A stretch of 64,000 nucleotides of DNA, from positions 820-64,819 of the forward strand of contig JBILLF010000005.1 of NCBI GenBank assembly GCA_044376225.1, in the 5' to 3' direction. The notes beneath the pieces were generated by a model. That model was given only the letters and a program-made list of their open reading frames with translations. It searched no databases and was not told where the DNA came from. Every line of letters begins with the position of its first letter. Positions within the stretch are counted from its first letter, which is position 1. This document shows positions 37,138-47,731 of the stretch, in pieces. This DNA comes from Patescibacteria group bacterium (GTDB lineage Bacteria > Bacteroidota > Ignavibacteria > Kapaibacteriales > Kapaibacteriaceae). A program made the position numbers and the translations under genes.

Positions 37138-37214
37138 GGGAACAGTGACTACATGACGTATGTCGCTGATACGGGCGATAATCCATAACAACCGCTCCAA
37201 GTTCCCGGAAAATG

Positions 37215-37245
37215 AAAAAGCCGTCCCTGCGGGACGGCTTTTTTT
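37215..37245. terminator. bidirectional intrinsic terminator (AAAAAGCCGTCCC-TGC-GGGACGGCTTTTTTT)
   Basis: Perfect stem flanked by an A5 run and a T7 run, 25 nt downstream of the ahcY stop. Confidence 0.75.
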
Positions 37246-37269
37246 ACGGAAAATATCGCCGGAAGGTTC

Positions 37270-38727
37270 TTAGTACCGGTAGTACTCAGGCTTGTACGGT
37301 CCTTTGACTTCCACGCCAATGTACTTGGCCTGCTTTTCATTGAGGACTTCAAGCTGGACGTTGATCTTCTTCAGGTGCAAGCGCGCCACCTTCTCGTCGA
37401 GCTTCTTCGGTAGGACCGATACTTTGTTCTCGTAGTTCTTCGAGTTCTTCCAGAGCTCAAGCTGGGCAAGAGTCTGGTTGGTGAACGAGTTCGACATCAC
37501 GAACGATGGGTGACCCATGGCACAACCGAGGTTTACCAAGCGACCTTCGGCCAGAACAATGATCTGGCGCTTACCGATCGTGTAGAGATCAACCTGGGGC
37601 TTAATCTCGACCTTGCTCTTGCCGTGGTTCTTATTCAGCCAAGCCATGTCGATCTCATTGTCGAAGTGACCGATGTTACAGACAATGGCCTTGTCCTTCA
37701 TGGCCTTGAAGTGCTTATCGGTGATGATGTCGCAGTTGCCAGTTGCCGTAACGACGATGTCCGCTTCTTTGACAGCATCGATCATACGCTTGACCTCGAA
37801 GCCGTCCATAGCTGCCTGCAGGGCGCAGATCGGATCGATCTCCGTGACGATGACGCGCACGCCAGCCCCCTGAAGGGAAGCTGCTGAGCCCTTGCCAACG
37901 TCTCCGTAGCCGGCAACAACAGCAACCTTACCGGCAAGCATGATGTCGGTGGCGCGGCGAATGGCATCGACCAGCGACTCCTTACATCCGTACTTGTTGT
38001 CGAACTTACTCTTGGTAACTGAGTCATTGACGTTGATGGCCGGAAGCGGCAGCGTGCCGTTCTTCATGCGCTCATACAGTCGAAGAACGCCCGTTGTGGT
38101 CTCTTCGGAGATACCGCGAATCTCACCAACGAGTTCAGGGTACTTGTCCAGAACCATGTTCGTCAGGTCACCGCCATCATCGAGGATCATGTTGAGGGGC
38201 TTGCGGTCTTTACCGAAGAACAGCGTCTGCTCGATGCACCAATCGAATTCTTCTTCATTCATACCCTTCCAAGCGAAGACCTGTACGCCGGCCTTCGCGA
38301 TAGCTGCGGCAGCGTGATCCTGCGTTGAGAAGATATTGCAGCTTGACCACGTGACTTCAGCGCCGAGGTCGATGAGGGTCTCGATCAGAACGGCCGTCTG
38401 AATGGTCATGTGAAGACAACCGGCGATACGGGCCCCCTTCAGGGGCTTCTTGCCCTTGAACTCTTCACGCAGGGCCATCAGGCCCGGCATCTCGGCTTCG
38501 GCCAGCAGGATCTCCTTGCGCCCCCACTCGGCCAATGCCATGTCGGCAACGGCATAGGAAAGGGGCTTATGAGCGATGCTACCCTTAGCCACACGGGCCG
38601 GGGCCTTCATCAAGCGATCGAGAGGTCCAGCCGTCTTCTTTGCCGTACCGTTCTTATGCACGCCATTGGTGGCCACGCCATTCGTGGCGGACTTTGGCAG
38701 TGTCTTTTTGGTGGTTGTAGTTGCCAT
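37270..38727 (-). CDS. ahcY: adenosylhomocysteinase
   Basis: [16 protein letters not shown] and [12 protein letters not shown] trimmed the start to the ATG at 38727 to avoid overlapping metK. About 55 aa of low-complexity N-terminal extension remains. Confidence 0.9.
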   Translation of the reverse strand: MATTTTKKTLPKSATNGVATNGVHKNGTAKKTAGPLDRLMKAPARVAKGSIAHKPLSYAVADMALAEWGRKEILLAEAEMPGLMALREEFKGKKPLKGARIAGCLHMTIQTAVLIETLIDLGAEVTWSSCNIFSTQDHAAAAIAKAGVQVFAWKGMNEEEFDWCIEQTLFFGKDRKPLNMILDDGGDLTNMVLDKYPELVGEIRGISEETTTGVLRLYERMKNGTLPLPAINVNDSVTKSKFDNKYGCKESLVDAIRRATDIMLAGKVAVVAGYGDVGKGSAASLQGAGVRVIVTEIDPICALQAAMDGFEVKRMIDAVKEADIVVTATGNCDIITDKHFKAMKDKAIVCNIGHFDNEIDMAWLNKNHGKSKVEIKPQVDLYTIGKRQIIVLAEGRLVNLGCAMGHPSFVMSNSFTNQTLAQLELWKNSKNYENKVSVLPKKLDEKVARLHLKKINVQLEVLNEKQAKYIGVEVKGPYKPEYYRY

Positions 38728-38782
38728 TGTTGTGGTGAGGTGTATGGATGTCTGTGTGAAAAAACCGTCCGGCCGAACAGCC

Positions 38783-39925
38783 TTACGCGAAGGCCTCAGT
38801 AAACGCCGAAACAAGGTCCAGATGTTCCCACGGGAACTCATGACGGCCAAAATGTCCGTAGGCAGCTGATGCCCGGTAGATCGGCCGACGCAGATTTAGG
38901 CGAGTGATAATGCCGGCTGGCGTCAAGTCAATATTCTCAACGATAAACTTTTCTAGCTGGCGCGGATCAATCTGCGAAGTGCCGTGAAGGTCTGCGTTGA
39001 TCGAAACCGGCTGGGCCACGCCAATAGCGTACGCAAGCTGGATCGTACACTCGCGGGCAATCCCGGCAGCTACGATGTTCTTGGCCAGGTGACGCGCTGC
39101 ATAGGCTGCAGAGCGGTCCACCTTCGTCGGATCCTTGCCCGAGAAAGCACCACCGCCGTGAGGAGCCTTGCCACCATAGGTGTCAACGATGATCTTGCGT
39201 CCGGTAAGCCCCGTATCACCGTGAGGTCCGCCGATCTCAAACTTCCCGGTAGGATTAACGTGGAACTTCGTCTCAGAGGTAATCAGATGCTCGGGAACCA
39301 CGGCTCTGACGACATTTTCGACAACGTCGTCATGAATGCGACTCTGTGCATTGGCCATTGGGTCATGTTGCGTGGAGACCACGATCGTATCGACGGCAAC
39401 GACCTCGCCGTTGTCGCCATAGACCACCGAGACTTGGGCCTTGGCATCCGGACGCAGGTAGGGCATCAGGTGCGGGGTGTTCTTGCGGATATCGGCAAGA
39501 CGCTTGACGAGCTGGTGCGAGTAGTGGATCGCCGCCGGCATGAGCTCAGCTGTTTCCGTGCAGGCATATCCGAACATCATTCCCTGGTCACCAGCTCCGC
39601 CCGTGTCGACGCCCTGGGCAATATCGGGTGACTGGCGGTTGATCACGTTAATGACCGAACACGAGTCAGCTTCAAAGCGGTATTCGCCGCGGTCATATCC
39701 GATCTCGCGGATCACCCCGCGCACAAGCTCCGGAAGGTCGATGTAGTGCGTCGTTGTGATCTCGCCACCAACGACGATCATACCCGTCGTGGCAAAGCAC
39801 TCACAGGCAACGCGACCAGTCGGATCGTTGGCCAGCACTTCATCGAGCACGGCATCGGACACCTGATCACAGACCTTGTCGGGATGTCCTTCGGAAACAG
39901 ATTCTGAGGTAAAGATGTACTTCAT
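38783..39925 (-). CDS. metK: S-adenosylmethionine synthase
   Basis: [19 protein letters not shown] and [16 protein letters not shown]. Confidence 0.97.
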   Translation of the reverse strand: MKYIFTSESVSEGHPDKVCDQVSDAVLDEVLANDPTGRVACECFATTGMIVVGGEITTTHYIDLPELVRGVIREIGYDRGEYRFEADSCSVINVINRQSPDIAQGVDTGGAGDQGMMFGYACTETAELMPAAIHYSHQLVKRLADIRKNTPHLMPYLRPDAKAQVSVVYGDNGEVVAVDTIVVSTQHDPMANAQSRIHDDVVENVVRAVVPEHLITSETKFHVNPTGKFEIGGPHGDTGLTGRKIIVDTYGGKAPHGGGAFSGKDPTKVDRSAAYAARHLAKNIVAAGIARECTIQLAYAIGVAQPVSINADLHGTSQIDPRQLEKFIVENIDLTPAGIITRLNLRRPIYRASAAYGHFGRHEFPWEHLDLVSAFTEAFA

Positions 39926-39969
39926 CGGTCGCAGCGGTTGTGGTGTAGAATGGTCAAAAGGAAAAGAGT

Positions 39970-40950
39970 TTACTGGGACAGTCGTACAATGCTTCCGTCA
40001 CCTATGTTGATCGAGGAGAAACGTCCTGTTACTTCGGCATTCTCACCGATGATCGATTGGTCCAGAGAAATGTCGGCTACCGACGCATTGTCGCTGATGA
40101 TACTGTCGCGGATGATGCTGTTACGCACCACACAGCCCTTTGAGATCGATGCATACGGCCCGATGACGGAATGCTCAACGATCGCCGACGGGTCAACGTG
40201 TACTGGAGGGATCAGCACGCACCCCACGGGTGCCGACGGAATCTCATTACGCTGCGTCAGCAGAAAACGGTTGGTCTGCAACAGTGTTTCGGGCTTGCCG
40301 CAGTCGTACCATCCATCAACGGGAAAGGTGGTAAACTTTTCACCGGCATCGACCATGATCTGCAATGCATCTGTCAGCTGGTACTCGTCCTTGGTTCGGA
40401 TATTCTCAGCGATCAGCCGTTCAAGGGCGAGCCGCAGACGTGAAGGATGGTGGATGTAATACAACCCCACAATGGCCATCGTCGAAACAATCGTCTCGGG
40501 TTTCTCGACGAGACGTGTGACAAAGCCCCCTTCCTCGATCACCACGCCGAAGCGGCGCGGATCATCGACGTGCTTGACGCCGAGAGAGGAGAACTGACGT
40601 GTGGCCAGTACCGAAAGGTCAACGTCAAACACCGTATCACCGAGAATGATCAACACCGGCTCTTCACCCAGTGATTCACGGGCGGTCCAGATCGCGTGAC
40701 CAAGACCAAGCATCTCGTCCTGCTGAACAAACCTCACATCGAGCGAGTATGTCGAACGGACATAATCTTCGACCAGATCACCCTTATAACCCGTGATGAT
40801 CGTGGCCTCGGTGATACCCTGCTCAACGAGTGAGTCGAGAATGTGACCTAGGATCGGTTTGCCGGCTACGTTCACAAGCACTTTGGGAAGTGAATGCGTA
40901 AACGGGCGTAGGCGCGTACCGATGCCGGCTACCGGAATGATGGCATGCAT
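39970..40950 (-). CDS. sugar-phosphate nucleotidyltransferase with C-terminal left-handed beta-helix
   Basis: [20 protein letters not shown] (GxGTRxxP), followed by hexapeptide-repeat-like C-terminal sequence. Confidence 0.75.
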   Translation of the reverse strand: MHAIIPVAGIGTRLRPFTHSLPKVLVNVAGKPILGHILDSLVEQGITEATIITGYKGDLVEDYVRSTYSLDVRFVQQDEMLGLGHAIWTARESLGEEPVLIILGDTVFDVDLSVLATRQFSSLGVKHVDDPRRFGVVIEEGGFVTRLVEKPETIVSTMAIVGLYYIHHPSRLRLALERLIAENIRTKDEYQLTDALQIMVDAGEKFTTFPVDGWYDCGKPETLLQTNRFLLTQRNEIPSAPVGCVLIPPVHVDPSAIVEHSVIGPYASISKGCVVRNSIIRDSIISDNASVADISLDQSIIGENAEVTGRFSSINIGDGSIVRLSQ

Positions 40951-40988
40951 TGCGGCAAAGATACGGGCATTCGCGGTTCGTAAAGGGG

Positions 40989-43220
40989 CTAGTTGAGCCG
41001 TACGATCTGACCGGCCCGCAGCAGAGAGCCGTTGCGCAACGACGGGTTCTTGCGGCGAATCTCGGCCACGGTCAGACTGAACTTGTCGGCAATACCCGCC
41101 AGCGTATCACCCTTGCGTACACGGTAGGACTTGGGACGCTTGGCTGACGCCGTAGCAGGTTCCTGCACTGGCGTGCGACGACGGGGTGCTTCGACAAGAA
41201 GTATCGTACCGGGCTTTACCCGGGCCGTGCGCTTGATGTGATTGAGTTCAGCAAGCCGGACAACGGTCATCTGGTAGCGAGAGGCGATGTTCTTGAGGTT
41301 CTCACCGCGCTTAACCGTATGACGTTGCGTACGCACTCGAGGCAGCTGCTCAACCGCCGAAGCAGGTTCTTCGACGGGGCGTTTCTTTTGGACACCCGAT
41401 GGGGTACCGACCACCAAGGTGTCGCCAACGCGCAGTGCATCCCGATCGTACGGAATGTTATTCCAGTTTCGGAGATCGGCGATCCGGACGTTGAATTTGC
41501 TGGAGATGGCCGAAAGGTTATCGCCCCGCTCAACCACATAAACGGCTGCTACGCCCTCGCGCATGCCGCGTGATCGGTTATCGGAGGTCGCCGGTGCGTT
41601 TGCCGATGGCGGAGCAGAGCCCACAGATGTGTCGCCCCCTGACTTCGACTCTGCTGAAGCCGCGGTGCGAGCCAGATCCGACGATACGGCGGCACTGACG
41701 CTGCGCACTGGCACGCGCAGAACGGCGCCTGCCTTGAGTCGCGTACGATACCCGGTGATGCCATTGATCTCCGAGAGTTCAACGAGCGAAACGCCGTAGG
41801 CGGCACTGATGCTGGCTAGGGTCTCACCGCGAGTAACGGTATGCTTGAGATACACCTGCTTTTCGTCATCACCAAGCGCAGCATAGCGGCGCAAGAAGTC
41901 TTCACCCATCCCTGGATAAAGCTTCAACTTGTACTGCCCCTGTGGAGGCGTACAGCCACGCACCAGCTCTGTATTCAACGCCCGAATAGAGTCAACCGAC
42001 AGCGATGCACACTTGGCGAGAGCCGCTAGACTGACGGGTTCGTTGATGGTGACCGTTTCGTAATCATACGGAGCATGAAACTTCAATGAATCATCCGGGA
42101 ACCCGTATTTATCGCGGTTCATGGTGATCAGCGTGGTAGCGATGTAGAGTGGCACATACTCGCGTGTTTCCTTTGGAAGAAACTCGCGGATCTGCCAGAA
42201 GTTTGGTTTCTCTAGTCCAGACTTGCGAATAGCACGGCGCACTCCGCCTGCACCGCAGTTGTATGCGGCAAGAGCTAGGTGCCAGTCACCAAGGTCATTG
42301 TAGAGATCCTTCAGAAATCGCATCGATGCCCGCGTGGCCTTCTCGGGATCGCGCCGCTCATCCATCCAGTAGTTGACGTTGAGGTCATACTCCTCGCCCG
42401 TAGCCCGCATGAACTGCCACATCCCAACGGCCTTGGCACGGGAGACGGCCTCTGGGTTCAGGGCGGACTCCATCATAGCCAGGTGAACGATCTCCTCGGG
42501 CATCTGCTCTTCCTTGGCGATACGCTTCAGCGTTGGGAACCAGCGTCCAGTGCGCTCGATCCAGGTCTTCATAAACCGACGTCCACGACCCTCGGCCATA
42601 AACGAGAGCTGGGGCTGAACGTATTCGTTGAAGGTCAGCGGGATAGTCGTTTGCGGTAGATCGATCAGCCCCGTGATCGCGGCCGGTGTTACCGTCTCAA
42701 CGGATGTCTGGCGGGAATCGGCCTCTTCGAACAGACGGTCGCGGAGAATGAAGATCGACGTGTTCGGATTAAGATTGTCGATACTCTTGACGTACGTCTC
42801 ATAGTCCTCGATCACAGCCTGCACGAGGTCCGTGAAGTCAGCATTGGACTCGATCTCTGGATACGTAGCGAGGTCGTTAAGCAGCGCGATGGCTGATTCG
42901 AACTCCTCAGCAGCCTTCGATGTATCGGCCCTTTCGATCAGCGTCAGTGCGCCGAGATACCGCTGCCGGGCACGCTCCATTTGCGTCGTGACCACCGGAT
43001 CCATGCGCACCTTGGACGTGTCGTCTTCATCGAGCTCACTGAACTCATCTGGAAAGACTGGCCTGTTGCGGGCGGAATCAGGGATCGATGCCGAGGGAGC
43101 CAGTGCGCCGTCTGAGCGAACGTCTCGAAGAACATCCAAACCACCCGCTCGAGCTATCCCGGCGACGAGAATGGCCGCGGTGCATAGGACTACGAAATGG
43201 CGGTATGGCGGACAAGGCAT
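40989..43220 (-). CDS. lytic transglycosylase (SLT domain) with multiple LysM domains (MltD-like)
   Basis: MMESALNPEAVSRAKAVGMWQF, AYNCG, and at least four C-terminal LysM-like repeats (V.RGD.L..IA..). Confidence 0.85.
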   Translation of the reverse strand: MPCPPYRHFVVLCTAAILVAGIARAGGLDVLRDVRSDGALAPSASIPDSARNRPVFPDEFSELDEDDTSKVRMDPVVTTQMERARQRYLGALTLIERADTSKAAEEFESAIALLNDLATYPEIESNADFTDLVQAVIEDYETYVKSIDNLNPNTSIFILRDRLFEEADSRQTSVETVTPAAITGLIDLPQTTIPLTFNEYVQPQLSFMAEGRGRRFMKTWIERTGRWFPTLKRIAKEEQMPEEIVHLAMMESALNPEAVSRAKAVGMWQFMRATGEEYDLNVNYWMDERRDPEKATRASMRFLKDLYNDLGDWHLALAAYNCGAGGVRRAIRKSGLEKPNFWQIREFLPKETREYVPLYIATTLITMNRDKYGFPDDSLKFHAPYDYETVTINEPVSLAALAKCASLSVDSIRALNTELVRGCTPPQGQYKLKLYPGMGEDFLRRYAALGDDEKQVYLKHTVTRGETLASISAAYGVSLVELSEINGITGYRTRLKAGAVLRVPVRSVSAAVSSDLARTAASAESKSGGDTSVGSAPPSANAPATSDNRSRGMREGVAAVYVVERGDNLSAISSKFNVRIADLRNWNNIPYDRDALRVGDTLVVGTPSGVQKKRPVEEPASAVEQLPRVRTQRHTVKRGENLKNIASRYQMTVVRLAELNHIKRTARVKPGTILLVEAPRRRTPVQEPATASAKRPKSYRVRKGDTLAGIADKFSLTVAEIRRKNPSLRNGSLLRAGQIVRLN

Positions 43221-43373
43221 GCGTGCTCGAAGGGGTCAGGCGTTTTCGAATAGAAGCGCGGTAAATATACCACCGCCCGGCAGAGGACGCCAAACCAAAC
43301 GTTTCATTGCTGAATGAACGGAAGTTCATACAGCGTATGACGTTACGAAGGATTTTACACGCGTTGTCGGACG

Positions 43374-43664
43374 TTACATTCCGGCAAACCTGCCGGCCAG
43401 GAAGGACCGGTGGAGATCATCCAGCGAGGTTCGCACGAAATGCTCCTGCTCGATGCGCATCTCCCGCAGTTGCTGGCGAAGAAAGTTCACGCCGTCGCTG
43501 TCTCCGCGCTCCTGACATGCCGAGAGGAGCACTTCGATGCGATACTGCTCCTCGGCGAGCATTTCCTCGAACTCCCAGACGGCATAGAGTTGTTCAATGT
43601 ACGTTTCGTGCCGGTGTGCGTCGCGCTGGTCCATGGGACGTTTCCTTCGATGGTGGTCATACAC
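43374..43664 (-). CDS. hypothetical small helical protein
   Basis: Strong third-position G/C bias in this frame. The sequence is charged and helical: YIEQLYAVWEFEEMLAEEQYRIEVLLSACQERG. The start may be the internal ATG (MDQRD). No family was recognised. Confidence 0.45.
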   Translation of the reverse strand: MYDHHRRKRPMDQRDAHRHETYIEQLYAVWEFEEMLAEEQYRIEVLLSACQERGDSDGVNFLRQQLREMRIEQEHFVRTSLDDLHRSFLAGRFAGM

Positions 43665-43712
43665 ATGTGTGTTTCACCGCTATGTGCATCCAAGGAGGAG
43701 AAACGTGACGCG

Positions 43713-45236
43713 TCAGCGCGTGGTCACCACATACGTGCCTGCTGGAACCGAGCGCACGTGCGTGCCGGCAGGAAGTTCCTCGTCGGCCACCCGTCCGAGC
43801 AGACGTCCCTGTAGATCGTACGCGTCGATGGTGACGTGCCGGTCGACGTCCACCTGTAACACAAGGCGCGACTGGAGGATGTCGAGCTGGCAGGAAAGCC
43901 CCTTGCCATCATAGGATGAGGACACCGACAGGGGGCCATCCTCGAGACGGCCTCTCGGCGTGAGGGTCTTCCCAGCAAATGCCGGATAGTCCGGGCCATA
44001 GCGGTAGATCTTGAAGACCATGTTGTTACGGGGCGTCTGTCCCTGTGGTGTGATGCCAGTGTTCGTCACGGGGCTAACGTAACGCCAGACCTCTTGAAAA
44101 TCGGGCGTGGACTCGACAAACGTGCCCGAGGGACCAAGGCAGGAAAGCGTGTTACCATTGGGTAGCCTGGTCGCACCGCTGATATTCGCTGCATAGAACT
44201 GGAGGGAGAGGGTCTTGGGGTAGACTACCGCAGGCTTGGAAGGGGCAAAGGCCTTCTTGGCCTCACGCAGGTATGTTCCATCAGGCCCGATGGGTAACTC
44301 GATTTCATCGACCGACGATCCCGGGGTGTCTTTTCTACCGGTACCGTTATTAAAGATCATCACTCTTCGGTTGTCAGGGGCAAGCCAGCGCGCATCATGC
44401 TGACCAAAACACACCTGATCCTGCTGCGTGCCGGACTTGTAGTTCAGAGGGTTTCCGTACCGATACACAATGTCTCCGGTCTTTCGAGAGATGATCCAGA
44501 TCTCGTGCAGATTATGGATACTGATCATCACCTCGTCTCGCATCGCGTTGTATCGAACGGAGTTCGCATGAAGCCAATCCGAGCGGGTACCACCGGCATT
44601 GATATCGATACGGTTGGGGTTGTCAGCCACCACGGCATAGTTGGGCTTGGCTGGATCGACATCCTGGATCATGTGATCCCATGATGACCAGGACCAGACA
44701 ACTTCACCGGAATTCGGACCTGTACGGCGCACTTCGATGACTCGTTCCGACCAAAGGGCATTCTCCGTCAAACGAGAGGTCAGACGTCCGGCGGCGAAGG
44801 CTTCGTCACGCGTATGACTCTCCCACACGAGTAGCAGGATGTTACCGTTGGGTAAGATCTCCACATCATGATGCTGTCGCGCTGTTGGAGTAAGGTGCGT
44901 ATACGACCAGACCTTTGTTCCTGACCAGTCATAGAGCTCGACCATTCCGCCAGCACCGCCCCCTTGCATTGACTGTGAGGGAGGATTTGCAGTACGCAGC
45001 AATGAGCCGTCTTCAAGCAACATGACGGCCTGACCAGGGCCGTACCCGCTTTGCCAGGACTTAACAACCTGACCGTCGTTATCGATCAGATAGGTGGTAG
45101 TGGACGTGATGGGAGCAAACAATGTGTAGCCCCGATACGACTTTGATGCGTCGTAGCTGATCAAGCCGACAGTCCGTTGTGCAAACCCCACAACGGTGCT
45201 CCCGATGACGAGGAGTGCGAAGAGGTGGATTTTCAT
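43713..45236 (-). CDS. arylsulfotransferase (ASST)-family beta-propeller protein with T9SS-like C-terminus
   Basis: Signal peptide; the HHDVEILPNGNILLL and DWLHANSV blocks recall the ASST family. The C-terminus is DAYDLQGRLLGRV...AGTYVVTTR. Confidence 0.65.
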   Translation of the reverse strand: MKIHLFALLVIGSTVVGFAQRTVGLISYDASKSYRGYTLFAPITSTTTYLIDNDGQVVKSWQSGYGPGQAVMLLEDGSLLRTANPPSQSMQGGGAGGMVELYDWSGTKVWSYTHLTPTARQHHDVEILPNGNILLLVWESHTRDEAFAAGRLTSRLTENALWSERVIEVRRTGPNSGEVVWSWSSWDHMIQDVDPAKPNYAVVADNPNRIDINAGGTRSDWLHANSVRYNAMRDEVMISIHNLHEIWIISRKTGDIVYRYGNPLNYKSGTQQDQVCFGQHDARWLAPDNRRVMIFNNGTGRKDTPGSSVDEIELPIGPDGTYLREAKKAFAPSKPAVVYPKTLSLQFYAANISGATRLPNGNTLSCLGPSGTFVESTPDFQEVWRYVSPVTNTGITPQGQTPRNNMVFKIYRYGPDYPAFAGKTLTPRGRLEDGPLSVSSSYDGKGLSCQLDILQSRLVLQVDVDRHVTIDAYDLQGRLLGRVADEELPAGTHVRSVPAGTYVVTTR

Positions 45237-45276
45237 GCGGGGAATCTACGGGAAATTCTCCGCACGAATTCCTCGT

Positions 45277-46419
45277 TCAATAGCGCAAGATGGCCGCCGC
45301 GCCGCTGCTGGTAGGCATTACTTCAGAAGGAAGAACAATCACCGTTCCGCCGTGACGGAGCACGATACGAGCGATATCGTCGAGCAGGTCGTTGACATCG
45401 GGAACGAGCAGGTCATCGAAGACCACGGTACCAGAAAGTTCGTCGATCTTCCCGGGCAGTTCTCGAGAGTCCTCAACGAACAGTGTATCGATGCGACCTT
45501 CAGCAGCTGCATGAGCGATAGCGAAGATCCCATCGATTCCCTCGGCATGACCTGCCGCCTCTTCGTAGGCCTCGATCAGTGTCCTACTCTCAGCGATGCT
45601 GTGAGGCTTCATCGCCTGCCATGCCCGATCAACAAGTTCACGAAGCTCGACACCGAATGGATTGACGATGATACTCTCCTGAACGAGTCGAGGATTGTGG
45701 CTGATCCGATGAAACAGCGCAGCCTGTTCGGTAAGACTTGCCACGATAAGGGGTAAGCCCGTTGGACGCGATGCGATCTCCATGACGATGCGATCAACCT
45801 GTCGGAAGAAGCGCTCCGTGTCCTTGTCGACCTCGTCCTCGATGGTTGTATGAGGAACGATACGCGGTGTCCCGCCGGAATTGGAATTACTAAAGCCGGG
45901 GTCGCTCAACTCATCGCCAAGGATCTCATTGATCAGCAGCAGAGGTCCGGTGGGAAACAGCACCTCTTCCAACCCGTCACGATTACCCACGAACAACTGC
46001 GCCGATTCCCTCGTCAAGCACAGCACATGATAGTCCTCAAGCGTCTGCAAGAGTCGAAACAGCGGCTTGACATGGAAATTCTCGGCCACAACGGCGAGTT
46101 CCGGCACGGAGCGGTCGAGATGCTGCGTGATGAAGACACCCGGTGCCCGAAAGATCGCAACGCCCTGCCGCCTGGTTTTCCAAAAGGTGTCGTCACGCTC
46201 TAGCTGACGAAATGGCATCAGGAGTGTATCGGCCTCATCGGCCGTGTAAGCCATCTTGAGCGAATCGTTAAGATGCCGAACAAGCTGACGGTAGCGCGTC
46301 TGATCGTCGCGACGTTCTGGCTGCGTGCGATGCGTGGGAAGGTACAGGCTGAGACACGGCTTGGAAGTGATCGAAAAAAGATCTTCGATCAGGGGGCTTT
46401 GTGCGACGTTAAACATCAT
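45277..46419 (-). CDS. bacterial eRF1/Pelota-like (baeRF-type) protein
   Basis: N-terminus PCLSLYLPTHR...GVAIFRAPGVF...HVKPLFRLL...YHVLCLTRESAQLF, and C-terminus GIDGIFAIAHAAAEGRIDTLFVED. These parallel the eRF1/Vms1-like bacterial families as I recall them. GGAG lies 7 nt upstream of the ATG. Confidence 0.55.
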   Translation of the reverse strand: MMFNVAQSPLIEDLFSITSKPCLSLYLPTHRTQPERRDDQTRYRQLVRHLNDSLKMAYTADEADTLLMPFRQLERDDTFWKTRRQGVAIFRAPGVFITQHLDRSVPELAVVAENFHVKPLFRLLQTLEDYHVLCLTRESAQLFVGNRDGLEEVLFPTGPLLLINEILGDELSDPGFSNSNSGGTPRIVPHTTIEDEVDKDTERFFRQVDRIVMEIASRPTGLPLIVASLTEQAALFHRISHNPRLVQESIIVNPFGVELRELVDRAWQAMKPHSIAESRTLIEAYEEAAGHAEGIDGIFAIAHAAAEGRIDTLFVEDSRELPGKIDELSGTVVFDDLLVPDVNDLLDDIARIVLRHGGTVIVLPSEVMPTSSGAAAILRY

Positions 46420-46489
46420 GAACTCCGGTAGTGTTATTCTACATCGAAGCTATCCGATGGAGCACCACACTGTCCATGACGAATGTCAG

Positions 46490-47671
46490 TTACTTCGCTA
46501 CGGCAACTCTTCCGCCACTGAGAAGGAACATCCGATGTGTATCTCCCTGACGTGCACCATACACTCCATCGGGCAGAGACTGGATGTGCGCATAGTCTAC
46601 GTCTTGGGTGACAACACGTCCTTCGAGCGTGTACAATGTCCACGCACCACTGATGTCATTGGCGTTGGGTTCGTCGTTATCGACTCCCGTTGTTGCTGAG
46701 ACCCTATCGGCTACATAAAGTGCCGCTGCCCGGTCAACGCCCGTCGGATCATGGACATCGTGGGCAGCCCCTTGATATAGGATGGCGGAATGATCCGCGT
46801 CGGGCACACCCATCTTCTTTAGCTCCTGTTCGATGGCACAGGTTCCGTGCACGTAGGGATAGTTTGACGATACGACGCCGAGTCCGTGATAGGCCCTATT
46901 CACACCACAAGGGACAACAGGATCCTCCAACTGGTGATAACTAAACACCGGTACAATAGGTGCGCCGCCGAGGTACTTCAGATCGAACAACGCCCCGAAG
47001 AGATTCAGCACGCTCTTGATGCTCGGTGTGCGCACATCCCGATGAAGTTCGCCATCAGGAGATCCGAGGGCCGGACGTGTGAACGTGCCAACAAGACGCA
47101 CGACATCAGTGATCTTACCGGCGGCTGGTGGAATCTCATCCTGCGGGTCAAAGAAGGCCGTATGCAAAGCGATGATGGATCCGGCACTGGCGCCACCGAT
47201 GATGCATCGCGAGGTGTCGATCCCATACATGGAGGCGTTCTTGACGAGAAAGCGTAATCCGCCCCGAACATCCTGGATACCACGATAACAGGCACGAATG
47301 GCCTCGGACTCATCGTAGGCAAAGGGTGGATCGAGCAGGGAGCCGTGTATGCCGAGTCGATAGGAAATGGTCACCGCCGTGTATCCGCGCTTAGCCCATG
47401 TTTCAGCCAGCGAGTTGAAGTCCGAACGGTTCCCCTGAATGAACCCGCCGCCATGAATCCACACCACCAACGGACGCTTGGTTGCGTTATCGTTGGTAGG
47501 CATGAAGATGTTCATCTTCAGCGAGTCCACGCCGACATCGAAACGCGGCGCTACTCCATAGAACACATCTTTAACTGATCGGACCTTGTAGGTCTGATCG
47601 ACGAATGGCTGAGCATGAAGCCGCATTGCCTGCATCAGCATGACGGCGGCGACAATGGCAAGGCGTTTCAT
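46490..47671 (-). CDS. secreted carboxylesterase/alpha-beta hydrolase, T9SS-like C-terminus
   Basis: Signal peptide; oxyanion motif VWIHGGGF and nucleophile GGASAGS. The C-terminus is WTLYTLEGRVV...GVYGARQGD. Confidence 0.75.
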   Translation of the reverse strand: MKRLAIVAAVMLMQAMRLHAQPFVDQTYKVRSVKDVFYGVAPRFDVGVDSLKMNIFMPTNDNATKRPLVVWIHGGGFIQGNRSDFNSLAETWAKRGYTAVTISYRLGIHGSLLDPPFAYDESEAIRACYRGIQDVRGGLRFLVKNASMYGIDTSRCIIGGASAGSIIALHTAFFDPQDEIPPAAGKITDVVRLVGTFTRPALGSPDGELHRDVRTPSIKSVLNLFGALFDLKYLGGAPIVPVFSYHQLEDPVVPCGVNRAYHGLGVVSSNYPYVHGTCAIEQELKKMGVPDADHSAILYQGAAHDVHDPTGVDRAAALYVADRVSATTGVDNDEPNANDISGAWTLYTLEGRVVTQDVDYAHIQSLPDGVYGARQGDTHRMFLLSGGRVAVAK

Positions 47672-47731
47672 GGACCACTCCTGCAGACTATGATTCGATG
47701 ATGATAGTTGATCAATACTACGGAAGATGGG

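Noticed and set aside
38728-39969. SAM or SAH riboswitches upstream of metK and ahcY
   Set aside because: The spacers are only 55 nt (metK-ahcY) and 44 nt (upstream of metK). That is too short for these aptamers, and I could not see the conserved SAH or SAM-I core sequences.
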